Notes: generated from the letters alone by a model not told the origin. Numbered from the stretch's first letter, positions 51,787 to 62,571 are shown. The stretch is DNA of 64,000 nt from an uncultured Gammaproteobacteria bacterium (GCA_963827755.1 CAWHCQ010000011.1:64001-128000); one strand, 5' to 3'. A program made the numbers and translations.

Positions 51787-52746
51787 CTATGCGACAGCCC
51801 GCTTCTTTTTGTACATCAGGTCATCGGCGCTCTCCAGCAGTTCTTCAACTGACTGGTTTTGCGTGATGTCAACAGTCACGATGCCTTCGCTGAATGAAAT
51901 ATCATAGCCGCGTCCGGCCTGTTCGTTGTAGAGGTCCATGGACCGGCGGAACCTCTTGATGGTTTCATTTGCGAGTTCGTTCGATGTATTGGTTAGCAAG
52001 GCCACGAACTCATCGCCACCCAGTCGGGCATATACATCTGAATCCCTGAACGTGCTTTGCATATGCTCTGCAAAGGTGACCAGTGCGTGGTCGCCCTCGG
52101 CGTGACCGAAGGTGTCATTGATGGGTTTGAACCCGTTCAGATCGAAGAACACCAGGGATGCCGGAATTGCCTGCCGAATACACAGGTCCACGCTCTTTTG
52201 TGCAAGCGTTATGAAGCCCCTTCTGTTCGATATTCTGGTTAGTTCATCCAGTGTTGCCAGTTGAATGGCCGCAAGTTCGCGTTCTGCCATTTCTGCAAGG
52301 TCCTGCAAGGCATCAATGTCATCTTCGCCAAGTGTTCTTGGTGCATCATCGATAATGCACAGGGTTCCCAGCTTGCTGCCATCCTGGTGTCTCAGCGGGC
52401 AGCCGGCATAAAAACTGATACTGGGTGCATTCACAACCAGCGGGTTGTCTGCAAAACGCGGGTCAGTGCTGGTGTCGTTGACAATAAAGGGTTCGTTGCC
52501 GAGGATCGCATGTCCACAGAAGGAAATGTCCCTCGGTGTCTCGCTGGCATCGAGGCCCGCCCTGGACTTGAACCACTGGCGGTTTTCATCGACAAGACTG
52601 ACAAGCGCTATGGGTACATCGAACATCCGTTTTGCCAGTCGTGTCAGGCGGTCAAAACGCTCTTCCGCCGGCGTGTCGAGGATATCCAGGGAACGCAGTG
52701 CCTTGAGACGGCCGACTTCATCTTCCGGTAAGTCTGGTTTCTTCAT
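51787..52746 (-). CDS. GAF-GGDEF diguanylate cyclase
   Basis: GAF (SFCGH, DPRF..NP.V, FYAG.PL), intact GGDEF with RDSD I-site five residues upstream. Confidence 0.95.
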   Translation of the reverse strand: MKKPDLPEDEVGRLKALRSLDILDTPAEERFDRLTRLAKRMFDVPIALVSLVDENRQWFKSRAGLDASETPRDISFCGHAILGNEPFIVNDTSTDPRFADNPLVVNAPSISFYAGCPLRHQDGSKLGTLCIIDDAPRTLGEDDIDALQDLAEMAERELAAIQLATLDELTRISNRRGFITLAQKSVDLCIRQAIPASLVFFDLNGFKPINDTFGHAEGDHALVTFAEHMQSTFRDSDVYARLGGDEFVALLTNTSNELANETIKRFRRSMDLYNEQAGRGYDISFSEGIVTVDITQNQSVEELLESADDLMYKKKRAVA

Positions 52747-53107
52747 GTGCTTTGCCTGCTGTTATGTCAATGGCCCTGTGGCGGGAATGCTGATGCCTGT
52801 ATCGGCCAGGGCCGGGGCAGCTTGAACAACCGTTGCCTGCACTGAAAAACCCCGTAATCAGCTGGTATTGCCAGCCAGAACAGTGCCTTGAGAGGGCGAT
52901 CGGGTGGGCAGGATACGGGCGCGTCCGGCGCGGGGCCGCGTGAAGACTGCCGGGTTGGCGCTAAATAGTGCATGAAACACCGGGCCCGGGCCGCTACACT
53001 ACGCGGCCCTCGGGATTTTACTGCGGTTTCATCGTGGACAGGGGCAAACAGGATACCCCGGCTAATCCTTGGCGTTCCCCGCATTTCATTACTACCAGGC
53101 ACTGCAC

Positions 53108-55006
53108 ATGACTACCGATACAGTAACGGCGTTCAGCCAACTGGCGTTGAATAAGGCCATTCTCAAGGTGCTGGATGAGGTGGGCTATGAAACGCCCTCA
53201 CCCATCCAGGCAGAAACGATTCCGCTGTTGCTGCAAGGCCGGGATGTCCTCGGCCAGGCACAGACCGGAACCGGCAAGACGGCGGCTTTTGCCCTGCCGA
53301 TTTTATCCAGCCTCGATTTAAAACAGAAAGATCCGCAGGTGCTGGTGCTGACACCAACCCGTGAGCTGGCCATCCAGGTAGCCGAGGCCTTCCAGAAATA
53401 CGCCAGGCACATGAAGGGCTTTCACGTATTGCCGGTTTACGGCGGCCAGGATTACCGCGGCCAGATCCATGCGCTGAAACGCGGTGTCCACGTGGTGGTC
53501 GGCACGCCCGGTCGTGTCATGGATCATATGCGTCGTGGCACCCTGAAACTGGACAGGCTCGGCATGCTGGTGCTGGATGAAGCCGATGAAATGCTGCGCA
53601 TGGGATTTATCGATGACGTGGAATGGGTGCTTGAGCAGACCCCGTCCGACAGGCAGATCGCGCTGTTTTCCGCCACCATACCGCAACAGATTCGTCGTAT
53701 AGCCGAGCGGCACCTCAATAACCCGGCTCAAATAACCATCAAGATGAAAACCACCACGGCGGAAACCATACGCCAGCGCTACTGGCCGGTGAGCGGTGTG
53801 CACAAGCTCGACGCCCTGACCCGGATCCTCGAGGCCGAACACTTTGATGCGATGCTTGTGTTTGTGCGCACAAAGACCTCAACAATAGAGCTGGCAGAAA
53901 AACTGGAAGCGCGTGGTTATGCCTCGGCAGCACTGAATGGCGACATTCCGCAAAGCCAGCGTGAACGTACCGTTGAGCAGTTAAAAAATGGCAAGGTGGA
54001 TATCCTCGTTGCCACGGATGTGGCCGCGCGCGGGCTCGATGTGGCACGCATCAGCCACGTTATCAATTACGATATTCCCTATGATGCGGAAGCCTACGTG
54101 CATCGTATTGGCCGTACCGGGCGTGCAGGAAAGAAAGGTGATGCCATTCTGTTCGTCGCACCCCGCGAAAAGCGCCTGCTCAGTACGATCGAGAAGGTCA
54201 CCCGGCAGAAGATTGACAGGATGGAGCTGCCGTCTACCGAGGTGGTCAATGACAAGCGTATCGCCAATTTCAAACAGCGAATTACCGATATGCTGGCGGA
54301 AGAGGATACCGGGATATTTACTCAGCTGATCGAGCAATACCAGCTGGAGCATAATGTGCCCGGGATCGAGATCGCTGCCGCGCTTGCCCGCCTGCTGCAG
54401 GGTGATACGCCTTTCCTGCTGCAACACAAGCCACAACATAAGTCACAGCACAAGGCAGATACACGCCGGGACAGCGGCGACAAACCCCCGCGAAAGAAAC
54501 CGGCACACAGGAAAGGTGAGCGACCGGCAGGGAACACATCACTGCCTGAAGCGGGTATGCAGCGATATCGCATAGAGGTGGGGAATAGCGACAGGATCAA
54601 GCCGGGCAATATCGTCGGTGCGATTGCCAACGAAGCCGGGCTCGATAACCGGCAAATCGGGCGCATCGATATCCGTGATGACTACAGCCTGATAGATTTA
54701 CCTGCCGGCATGCCCGGGGATGTCTTCAGGGATCTGCAGAAAATCCGCGTTTGCGGCAAGCAGTTACATATTTCCCTGGCGGTAAAAGAGGGCAGACCCG
54801 GTCAGAGAACAGTTGCATCGGGAGAAAGGAAGTTCGGCAAGCCTGCCGATGCCGCGAGAAAAAGAAAGCCGGGCAAGCCAGCCTCTGCCGCAAAAGACAA
54901 AAAGCCGGTAAGGCCGGCCAGGCGGGCCGGGGTCAAGGCAAAACCGCACGCTAAAAGCGCGGCGGGAGCCGGGAAGTCCACTCGCAAGAAGCAGCGTAAA
55001 AAGTAA
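53108..55006 (+). CDS. deaD: DEAD-box RNA helicase with DbpA domain and Lys-rich tail
   Basis: AQTGTGKT, PTRELA, DEAD, SAT, HRIGRTGR and GAIANE. Confidence 0.92.
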   Translation: MTTDTVTAFSQLALNKAILKVLDEVGYETPSPIQAETIPLLLQGRDVLGQAQTGTGKTAAFALPILSSLDLKQKDPQVLVLTPTRELAIQVAEAFQKYARHMKGFHVLPVYGGQDYRGQIHALKRGVHVVVGTPGRVMDHMRRGTLKLDRLGMLVLDEADEMLRMGFIDDVEWVLEQTPSDRQIALFSATIPQQIRRIAERHLNNPAQITIKMKTTTAETIRQRYWPVSGVHKLDALTRILEAEHFDAMLVFVRTKTSTIELAEKLEARGYASAALNGDIPQSQRERTVEQLKNGKVDILVATDVAARGLDVARISHVINYDIPYDAEAYVHRIGRTGRAGKKGDAILFVAPREKRLLSTIEKVTRQKIDRMELPSTEVVNDKRIANFKQRITDMLAEEDTGIFTQLIEQYQLEHNVPGIEIAAALARLLQGDTPFLLQHKPQHKSQHKADTRRDSGDKPPRKKPAHRKGERPAGNTSLPEAGMQRYRIEVGNSDRIKPGNIVGAIANEAGLDNRQIGRIDIRDDYSLIDLPAGMPGDVFRDLQKIRVCGKQLHISLAVKEGRPGQRTVASGERKFGKPADAARKRKPGKPASAAKDKKPVRPARRAGVKAKPHAKSAAGAGKSTRKKQRKK

Positions 55007-55082
55007 ACCTGATCAAGGATTGCACGCAGGACGGCGGCAGCGGCGAACGCTGGCAAGGCGTGCAACCGGGGGCCGGATCGCT

Positions 55083-55913
55083 TCAAGAAGCAGGCCGGGG
55101 CTTTTGCGGTCTGTATAGTATCAGGGCAAGATCATCCGGCTTGTGCGGTATGTCTTCGACCGGCTGCAGCATGCGCGAGGTACAGATTCCGACCAGTTTC
55201 TCCGCGGCTTCCAGCAGCGGCCCGCTGCGGATCACTTCGACAATTTCTTCAATCTGCATGTTGTCAAACAGCCCGTCGCTGCCTATGAGCAGGGTGTCAC
55301 GGGGCGCCAGCTTTATTCGCGGTCCGATTTCCAGACGCATCGCTTCGCTGCCGACCATGTTTGAAATCAGGTGACGGTCTTCATGGAAGAGGGCGTCTTC
55401 CTCTTCAATGACACCGGCTTCCACGGCATAGCCAACCGGTGAATGGGGGATGGTTTGATACTTGATCTTGCCGCGCTGGCCGACAAGCAATATCGCAGAA
55501 TCGCCGACGTGATAGGTGCGTACGCGATGGTCAACCAGTTCTACGGCAGCAATCGTCGTCCCCGAGCCGCTGGTTTTTTCCAGTACCTTGCGATTGGCCT
55601 GTTCGATGCCGTCAAGTATGGATCCGCGCAGTTCCAGTTTTTCATCACAGGCATTGCCTACGGATTTTTCAAGTTGTCGAACGGTAATGGCGGAGGCCTG
55701 GTCACCCGAGGGAAGCCCGCCCATTCCGTCAGCAACGGCAAATACCGCGCTGCCATCATCGCAGTCCAGCAGTGCAAGCGAGTCTTCATTGTCCGATGGT
55801 TTTTCCGGGGCGCGCCGGGTAAACGCGCAAACGCTGCCGGCGGCCATGTCGAATGGCCGGACCCCGGCAAAGTCGGCAGCCATAAACAACTGCGAGTCCG
55901 GTTTTATTCCCAC
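55083..55913 (-). CDS. PP2C/PPM-family Ser/Thr phosphatase
   Basis: NED, VADGMGG, SGTT, HVGDS, SDGL and DD; start either GTG 55913 (overlapping the kinase stop) or ATG 55883. Confidence 0.9.
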   Translation of the reverse strand: MGIKPDSQLFMAADFAGVRPFDMAAGSVCAFTRRAPEKPSDNEDSLALLDCDDGSAVFAVADGMGGLPSGDQASAITVRQLEKSVGNACDEKLELRGSILDGIEQANRKVLEKTSGSGTTIAAVELVDHRVRTYHVGDSAILLVGQRGKIKYQTIPHSPVGYAVEAGVIEEEDALFHEDRHLISNMVGSEAMRLEIGPRIKLAPRDTLLIGSDGLFDNMQIEEIVEVIRSGPLLEAAEKLVGICTSRMLQPVEDIPHKPDDLALILYRPQKPRPAS

Positions 55914-56647
55914 GACAGCATTTCCAGGTATTCGCGCAGCTGGCCTGCCGTGCGGAATTTTTTCAGTATCAATGTGCGCTTCAGACCGCAGCACAGGTCA
56001 CGAATGACTTTTGGCTGCTGTGCGTAGTACTTCCTGCCACCGATCGATTCATGGAGGATCTTGATCAGGTCGACAACATCGTCATGAATGTTTTCAGGTC
56101 TGGGTGCGCCCCAGTGATAGAAGTCGAGGAGCTTCAGATCGAAGCCAAGCCCGTAGCGCTGGATAATGATGTTTTCGGGATGCAGGTCGCCGTGGTATTC
56201 CTTCATGGTGTGGATGTGTTCAATACCCGTGGCAAGTGCATGCAAAAGGTGCAGCGCCTGGAAGGGCGCCAGGCGTTTGCCGGGTTGACGTTTGAGAAAG
56301 TCGGAAAGGAGTTCGCCTTCAACAAACTCGGAGACCAGCAGCGTTATGGGTAAATTGCGATAGCTTATCTTTTCGCTGGTGTGGTACTGGATAACCATCG
56401 GGCAGTGTCGAAGCTTGTGCAATTTTCGCGCATAGAAACCTGCCGTGCGATCTTTCAGGTTGCGGTGCGGGTAAAACAGCTTGACTGCCCGTTCAATATC
56501 GGTCGGCAGTTCGTTGATCAGGAATACCTCGCCTTCCCAGCCGGTACCGAGCCGGTCGATGATTTCATATTTACGTGCCAGTACCTGTCCGGGTTTGAAA
56601 TCAAAATGTTTGATGACAGGCAGGGCTGCTTTTGACTGTTTGGGCAT
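55904..56647 (-). CDS. Small soluble Ser/Thr-type protein kinase
   Basis: LGTGWEGEV, AVK, SEFVEG, HGDLHPEN and LLDF. Confidence 0.85.
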   Translation of the reverse strand: MPKQSKAALPVIKHFDFKPGQVLARKYEIIDRLGTGWEGEVFLINELPTDIERAVKLFYPHRNLKDRTAGFYARKLHKLRHCPMVIQYHTSEKISYRNLPITLLVSEFVEGELLSDFLKRQPGKRLAPFQALHLLHALATGIEHIHTMKEYHGDLHPENIIIQRYGLGFDLKLLDFYHWGAPRPENIHDDVVDLIKILHESIGGRKYYAQQPKVIRDLCCGLKRTLILKKFRTAGQLREYLEMLSWE

Positions 56648-56764
56648 GTGCGTACTGTTCTTCTGATCGGGTTACAGTTCGGGGTGCAGTATAGTTAATG
56701 GCCGGGTGGTACGGCAGACTGATTCACTGCCCCGTCATTCTGCAAAGCTCAGCCTGTGCCGTAA

Positions 56765-57499
56765 TTACTGCACAGTCGCTGAAGCAGTCGTATAGCTCTC
56801 CAGGTCACTCTGGTAGATGGCGTCGTCTTTTTCGCGTTGCCAGATACGCACCGGCAGGAAGTTCAGTTGCGGAGCGCACCAGATGTAGGTTTCACGAGAT
56901 TTATTGTTGCGCAGCTTGGTGATCTTGACGGTCTCGAAACGCCCGGCGGGGAGTTCCAGGGTCTCATGCCCAACCGCTTTGAAACGGTATTCCTTGAGTT
57001 TTCCGCCATCGGCGATATTGAAGGTGATGTCGGTCTCGCCCCTGCCAAGCGCGAGCATCATGCCGAGCTGTGAAGCCAGCTTGTCGAGGGTGCCGCCGGG
57101 GATATCCATTTTCCAGCGGCTGTCATCCACATTGTTTGCGACGATCATGGCATCCCAGTCAAATGCGAGGCTGGCCTCGCGTTCTGTTTTACCGCCGCTG
57201 CGGCTGTAGTGATAGTTCAACGGGCGCAGTCCGTTTTCATCCAGGCGGCCCTCGCTGGTTTCATGGAGTATGTCTTTCAGGAACCACGCCACCCAGCTTG
57301 TTGGCCAGCTGCGCGATTCATAGCGGTAGCCGTTGTTTTCCCTGTTCACCAGGGAGATGGTTGATGTGCCGATGCGCAGGTTGCCGCGTTTCAACTGGTA
57401 GCTGGCCTCGAAATCTGCCAGCGGCGCCGCCTGCAGCATGCACGACATCAGTACGGCTGCCAGCAGCAGTAATGATTTTCCCGGCGCACCGCTCAACAT
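56765..57499 (-). CDS. DUF3108 exported protein
   Basis: Signal peptide, P..Y, GE.L..PAG.F and W.AP.L..LPV; typical position after purN. Confidence 0.85.
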   Translation of the reverse strand: MLSGAPGKSLLLLAAVLMSCMLQAAPLADFEASYQLKRGNLRIGTSTISLVNRENNGYRYESRSWPTSWVAWFLKDILHETSEGRLDENGLRPLNYHYSRSGGKTEREASLAFDWDAMIVANNVDDSRWKMDIPGGTLDKLASQLGMMLALGRGETDITFNIADGGKLKEYRFKAVGHETLELPAGRFETVKITKLRNNKSRETYIWCAPQLNFLPVRIWQREKDDAIYQSDLESYTTASATVQ

Positions 57500-58191
57500 G
57501 CTGCATCCGTCCCGGCGGGCAGCAGTGCCGGTTGGTCAAGCAGTTTCCCATCCATGCGGATATGACCGTTTTCATCCAGAATGATTCGTTTTTCCGCGAA
57601 CCAGCGGATGGCCTGCGGATAGAGACGATGTTCCTCCCGCAGTACCCGTGCCGCCAGGGTGGCGGCATCGTCGTCCTCGCGAACCGGGATGCGGACCTGC
57701 AGCAGCACCGGCCCGCCATCGATGTCTTCGGTGACAAAATGTACGCTTGCGCCATGTTCCCGTTTGCCTGCATCGATGGCGCGCTGGTGGGTATTGAGTC
57801 CTGGAAACTCCGGCAGCAGAGACGGGTGGATATTCAACAGCCGTCCACGGTAGTGCTGCACAAAACCGGGTGTAAGGATGCGCATGAACCCGGCCAGAAC
57901 GACCAGTCCGGGCCGGTAGCTGTCGATGCAGGCTTGCAGTGCCTGATCAAATGTCTCCCGGTCCGCGTAGTGCTTGTGATCGATGACCCTGGTTTCGAGA
58001 CCGGCCTGGCCGGCATGTTCCAGGCCGGCTGCATCGGGGCGGTTGCTGATCACGGCGCGTATCTCGATTGGCAATTCACCGCTGCCGGTCCTGTCGATGA
58101 TGGCCTGCAGGTTGCTGCCCCGGCCGGATATCAGGATCACAACCGGCAGGGGGGTGTACCTGTCCCTTCCCGTACCCCGGGTGCTGTTCAT
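57493..58191 (-). CDS. purN: Phosphoribosylglycinamide formyltransferase
   Basis: [24 protein letters not shown] and HGASVH. Confidence 0.97.
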   Translation of the reverse strand: MNSTRGTGRDRYTPLPVVILISGRGSNLQAIIDRTGSGELPIEIRAVISNRPDAAGLEHAGQAGLETRVIDHKHYADRETFDQALQACIDSYRPGLVVLAGFMRILTPGFVQHYRGRLLNIHPSLLPEFPGLNTHQRAIDAGKREHGASVHFVTEDIDGGPVLLQVRIPVREDDDAATLAARVLREEHRLYPQAIRWFAEKRIILDENGHIRMDGKLLDQPALLPAGTDAAC

Positions 58192-59258
58192 TCAGTGAGG
58201 ATGACGCCGGGTTTACCTTCTCCCTGGTCAACGTGGCCGATAACGCAGGCCGCTTCACCCTCTGCGCCCAGATGTTCCATCGCGGTCCGGGCATCATCGG
58301 CGGCGACCACGATGGCCATGCCGATGCCGCAGTTGAAGGTGCGGTACATTTCCCCTGCTGCAACATTACCGTTGCGCTGCAACCAGTCAAACACGGGGGG
58401 TTGTTGCCAGGTGCTGGTATTGATGACGGCATTGCAGCCATTCGGCAGTACCCGTGGCAGGTTTTCGGTCAGCCCGCCGCCAGTGATATGGGCGAGGGCG
58501 TGCACCTTGAGCGTGCTGAACAGGGAGAGCAGTGGTTTGACATAGATACGCGTGGGCGCAAGCAGCCACTCTGCCAGTGGCTTGCCATCGAGCGGGTCAT
58601 CCAGTTTGCTGCCGCTGTGTTCGAGAATCCTGCGGATCAGGGAATAGCCGTTGGAATGCGGGCCGGTTGATGCCAGTCCGATAATGACATCGCCTTGTGT
58701 GACAGCGCTGCCGTCGATGATGGCGGATTTCTCAACGATGCCTACAGAAAAGCCTGCCAGGTCATAATCGCCGCCGGCGTACATGCCCGGCATTTCCGCG
58801 GTCTCGCCGCCGACCAGGGCGGCACCCGCCAGTTCGCAGCCACGGGCGATGCCCTTGATGACATCGGTGGCCACATCGAGGTCGAGTTTGCCGGTGGCGT
58901 AATAGTCGAGAAAGAACAGGGGTTCGGCACCGGCGACCACGATGTCATTGACGCACATGGCGACCAGGTCAATACCGATGGTGTCATGCAGCCCGGCTTC
59001 CACGGCGAGCTTCAGCTTGGTGCCGACCCCGTCAGTGCCGGAAACCAGCACCGGTTGCCGGTAACGGTCCAGCGGCAACTCGAACAGTGCGCCGAACCCG
59101 CCAAGGCCGGCGAGTACGCCCGGACGCCGGGTCCTGGCAACGGCCGGTTTTATTCTCTCGATGAGCTGGTTACCGGCGTCGATATCAACACCGGAATCAC
59201 GATAGCTGAGGGATGCGGTGTTGCTCTTGATGTTGCCGGCTTTATCGTCTGCGCTCAC
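58188..59258 (-). CDS. purM: AIR synthetase
   Basis: [29 protein letters not shown] and HITGGG. Confidence 0.97.
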   Translation of the reverse strand: MSADDKAGNIKSNTASLSYRDSGVDIDAGNQLIERIKPAVARTRRPGVLAGLGGFGALFELPLDRYRQPVLVSGTDGVGTKLKLAVEAGLHDTIGIDLVAMCVNDIVVAGAEPLFFLDYYATGKLDLDVATDVIKGIARGCELAGAALVGGETAEMPGMYAGGDYDLAGFSVGIVEKSAIIDGSAVTQGDVIIGLASTGPHSNGYSLIRRILEHSGSKLDDPLDGKPLAEWLLAPTRIYVKPLLSLFSTLKVHALAHITGGGLTENLPRVLPNGCNAVINTSTWQQPPVFDWLQRNGNVAAGEMYRTFNCGIGMAIVVAADDARTAMEHLGAEGEAACVIGHVDQGEGKPGVILTE

Positions 59259-59397
59259 GCGGGGTTTCCATGGTTCAGGGCAGCGCTATGGTAGCGGTCG
59301 GTTGTGGGCGCTGCAAACCTGCGCCTGATATGGCCAAATTCTGCGGATACCCGTATGCTTTGAGACAAACAAACTCCCGGGGTTCTCTGGATAAGGT

Positions 59398-60453
59398 ATG
59401 GAAATCTATAAACAAAGCACAAAATTCCACGCCGTGGCGGTCTGCCTGCTGTGGCTGTATGCCTCACTGGCAGGGGCGGCCGTGTCAGCGCAGTTGTTTG
59501 AATCCGAGGTGATCGTGCCAAGCCAGGCGCCCGCCCTGCGGGCCGAGGCCATGAAGTCGGCGCTGGAAGAGGTGCTGGTGAGGGTGTCCGGAGAGGCGTC
59601 CGTGCTGCAGACGGAACCTGCACAGGCGCTGTTGCAAAAACCGTCGCGCCTGGTGCAGCAATATCGTTATTTTACCGTGCCCAACAGCCAGCCACCGATA
59701 CTGAAACTCTGGGTGCGTTTCGATGGCGAGGTCATACAGCAGGCCCTGCAGCAGCAGGGCGGGGCGTACCAGGCTGCGGAGCGCCCGGATACCCTGGTAT
59801 GGCTGGCCGTCGATGATCGCGGCGAGCGTTACCTGGTTGCGGCCGATGACCAGACCGATGTGCACAGGCAGATGGCGCTGCAGGCGAGGCAGCGTGGTTT
59901 GCCGATTCTGTTCCCGCTGATGGACCTTGAGGACCAGTCGCAGGCGCGCTTTACCGATATCCAGGACGGGTTCCTCGACAATGTTGTAAGGGCATCGGCG
60001 CGCTATAACCCGCAGGCGATCCTGGCTGGATACCTGCAGCACGACGCTTTTGCCGGCTGGTCTGCGCGCTGGTACCTGGATGTTGCCGGCAATCCGGCGT
60101 CATGGTCGGACAATCGCCAACAGCTTGCCGCGTTGTTGCAGCAGGGTGTCGATGATGCGGCTGATTACCTGGCTTCCCGGTTTGCGGGGATGGACAAAGG
60201 GGACAGCTACAACGCCGTGCGTATATCGGTGGGCGGGGTCAATTCGCTTGCTGCGTATGCACGCGTCAATCAATATCTCGCATCCTTGACCCCGGTCACA
60301 GCTTACCAGGTTGAACTGATAAACGGGTCAGAGGTGCAATACCTGCTGCGCCTGAACGGGGGTGTGCAGGACCTGGCGCACACGGTTTCAATCGGCACGG
60401 TGCTTGAACCTGTCGCAGACAACTTGCCCGGCTACTATCAATTACGCCAGTGA
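59398..60453 (+). CDS. DUF2066 exported protein
   Basis: Signal peptide, VLVRVSG, RP.TLVWL and RGLP..PLMDL.D; divergent from purM. Confidence 0.85.
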   Translation: MEIYKQSTKFHAVAVCLLWLYASLAGAAVSAQLFESEVIVPSQAPALRAEAMKSALEEVLVRVSGEASVLQTEPAQALLQKPSRLVQQYRYFTVPNSQPPILKLWVRFDGEVIQQALQQQGGAYQAAERPDTLVWLAVDDRGERYLVAADDQTDVHRQMALQARQRGLPILFPLMDLEDQSQARFTDIQDGFLDNVVRASARYNPQAILAGYLQHDAFAGWSARWYLDVAGNPASWSDNRQQLAALLQQGVDDAADYLASRFAGMDKGDSYNAVRISVGGVNSLAAYARVNQYLASLTPVTAYQVELINGSEVQYLLRLNGGVQDLAHTVSIGTVLEPVADNLPGYYQLRQ

Positions 60454-61004
60454 AGACTTCCGATATACCCAATATCATTACGGGCTTCCGGTTCCTGCTG
60501 GTCGCCCCGCTGGTATGGCTGTTGCTGAACCACCAGTACGGCGCCGCGCTCATCGTCTTTGCCATTGCCGGTTTTTCGGATGCACTGGACGGGTTTATTG
60601 CCCAACACTATGGCTGGAGCAGCCGACTGGGCGCGATGATGGACCCGCTTGCCGACAAGCTGCTGCTGGTTTGCAGTTTTATCACGCTGGGCTGGCTTGG
60701 CCTGATCCCGTTCTGGCTGGTCGCCCTGGTTATTTTTCGTGACCTGGTCATCGTCATCGGTGCGATGACCTATCACTGGTGCGTGGAGTATCTCGATACC
60801 GCTTATCCAACCCTGGTGAGCAAACTGAATACCTTTACCCAGATCATGCTGGTGCTGGCGGTGATGTTTTCCCTGTCGGTACAGCCGCTGCCTTCGCTAT
60901 GGATCGATGTGCTGCTCTACAGTGTCCTGGTAACCACGATCTGGAGCGGTATTGATTATGTCTGGATATGGGGGCGGCGCGCCTGGTCCAGGCGTGACGA
61001 CTGA
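60450..61004 (+). CDS. CDP-alcohol phosphatidyltransferase family protein
   Basis: IPN.IT..R and D.LDG.IA....S..G..DP.ADK. Confidence 0.92.
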   Translation: MKTSDIPNIITGFRFLLVAPLVWLLLNHQYGAALIVFAIAGFSDALDGFIAQHYGWSSRLGAMMDPLADKLLLVCSFITLGWLGLIPFWLVALVIFRDLVIVIGAMTYHWCVEYLDTAYPTLVSKLNTFTQIMLVLAVMFSLSVQPLPSLWIDVLLYSVLVTTIWSGIDYVWIWGRRAWSRRDD

Positions 61005-61023
61005 CTGCTGTTCCACCGCAAGC

Positions 61024-61722
61024 GTGAAGGAAAATCCGCAACTGCCGCTCGGATTGTCGCTGCGGGAAGGCGCCCGTTTCGAGAGTTATTTTCCGGGGCA
61101 GAACGGCGAGCCTTTCCGGAACCTGCAACTGGCCGCAGAAGGCAAGGGTGAAAGCCTGCTGTATATCGCTGCAGCAGGCGGGCTGGGCAAGACACACCTG
61201 TTGCAGGCGGCCTGTCATCACGCGAGTCGCTGCCAGCGCAGCGCCGCCTATTTACCGATGCAGCAGCTGCCTGAACTGACACCGGCCGTATTCGATGGAC
61301 TCGAGCAGATGGCGCTCGTCTGTCTCGATGATATCCACGCGGTTGCCGGTAATGCACCCTGGGAGCGGGCCCTGTTCGATCTGTTCAACCGGCTGCGCGA
61401 CAGCGGCAGCACCCTGCTGGTCTCGGCGGAAAAACGACCCGACCGTTGCGGGTTTGGCCTTGCCGACCTGGTGTCAAGACTTGGCTGGGGTGTGACCTAT
61501 GTCCTCAAGCCGCTCGATGACGCCGATGTGCAGCAGGCGCTGACCGGCCGCGCAGCGGCACGCGGCCTGGAGTTGCCGGAGGAGACGGCTCAATTCTTGC
61601 TGCGCCGTTTCCCGCGCGACCAGGCTTCCCTGTTTGCATTGTTCGATACCCTGGATGCCGCCTCGCTGGTGGAGCAGCGGCGCTTGACCATCCCGTTCGT
61701 CAAGTCGGTGCTTGATCGCTAG
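61024..61722 (+). CDS. hda: DnaA regulatory inactivator
   Basis: QLPL clamp-binding motif, GLGKTHLL, CLDD and DL.SR. Confidence 0.93.
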   Translation: MKENPQLPLGLSLREGARFESYFPGQNGEPFRNLQLAAEGKGESLLYIAAAGGLGKTHLLQAACHHASRCQRSAAYLPMQQLPELTPAVFDGLEQMALVCLDDIHAVAGNAPWERALFDLFNRLRDSGSTLLVSAEKRPDRCGFGLADLVSRLGWGVTYVLKPLDDADVQQALTGRAAARGLELPEETAQFLLRRFPRDQASLFALFDTLDAASLVEQRRLTIPFVKSVLDR

Positions 61723-61767
61723 GTCTTGTGCGGTCGGCGGATGCTGATCTTCTTCTGTCTATCTCGT

Positions 61768-61871
61768 GCAGGAGCGAGCGCCATCCGCTCGCGAACATGC
61801 CGCGAACATGCCGCGAACATGCGCGAACTGGCAAATCCGCAAAACCTTCGCCAGCTGGCGCTGGCTCCTAC
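61768..61871. repeat. REP doublet, family C, with internal 11-bp tandem repeat
   Basis: GCAGGAGCGAGCG...CTCGCGAA facing TTCGCCAGCTGGCGCTGGCTCCTAC; (CGCGAACATGC)x3 at 61790-61822. Confidence 0.85.
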
Positions 61872-62207
61872 AATTTATTTGACTGCGATGCTCGGCTGCG
61901 CCTACGGGAGGTGTTCAAAACCGTTTTCCTGCTGTGACAAGCTGAATGCTGGTACCAAAGTAGGATGGACAGAAAATTGACACCATGACATTATCACCAC
62001 AGTCGGGTTTTTTCCCGTTTCGGAAGTTGCTATCAGGCGAATAGTATCCGGTATGTCCTGAACAGCAGTTTTTTTCTGCTATGTTCAGGTTGTCACGTTA
62101 AAACGGTATTTCCATGCCGGAATTGGCTAGATTCCAGTTAACTAATTGTTTTTATTGTTATTAATAATAGGTATGTGTCGAATTATATGAAATCGAGGTA
62201 AAAAATC

Positions 62208-62532
62208 ATGAAAAAAAATTCACTGGCAATCATCCCGGCCATCATCCTTGCCTTCGCCTCAACCCAGTTGATGGCAGCAGGTGGGAGAGATAAGGGTCAT
62301 AAAGTCATCGATTCGAATAAATTTACGGCAGTCTGTCATAAGGTCGATCACCCCAGAAATGTTAAAGGAAAGAATCCGTTACCGGATAGCCATCCGCAAC
62401 CGTTCTTGCTCTGGGTGCCGCATGTTGCAGTTGACAAGCACATAGCTCATGGAGATGAACCAGCGAACCAATATAGTACGAGATCCGGATGGAGGTCCAA
62501 CAACATTCGATTGTGGAGTAATACCCCAGTAA
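62208..62532 (+). CDS. Small exported Cys/His-motif protein (probable 1-nt frameshift near 62469)
   Basis: GAGG RBS, signal peptide, VCHK...AVDKHIAHGD; removing one base gives ...TTFDCGVIPQ* just before a terminator. Confidence 0.65.
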
Positions 62533-62539
62533 TCATTAC

Positions 62540-62571
62540 AAAAAAACCGGCCTGCAGGCCGGTTTATTTTT
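62540..62571. terminator. Bidirectional terminator-like palindrome
   Basis: AAACCGGCCTGCAGGCCGGTTT (62544-62565) with an A run before and a T-rich run after. Confidence 0.8.

Noticed and set aside
54780-55006. Lys/Arg/Ala-rich tail of deaD as a separate histone-like module
   Set aside because: Basic disordered tails are usual in DEAD-box helicases.
57070-58545. Long antisense ORFs (e.g. 57070-58545, 9204-10397, 22374-23339, 3047-3949)
   Set aside because: Shadow frames of GC-rich genes with no recognisable motifs.
61881-61925. GCGATGCTCGGCTGCGCCTACGGG as the end of another repeat element
   Set aside because: Single copy in the window and no partner end, so it cannot be supported here.
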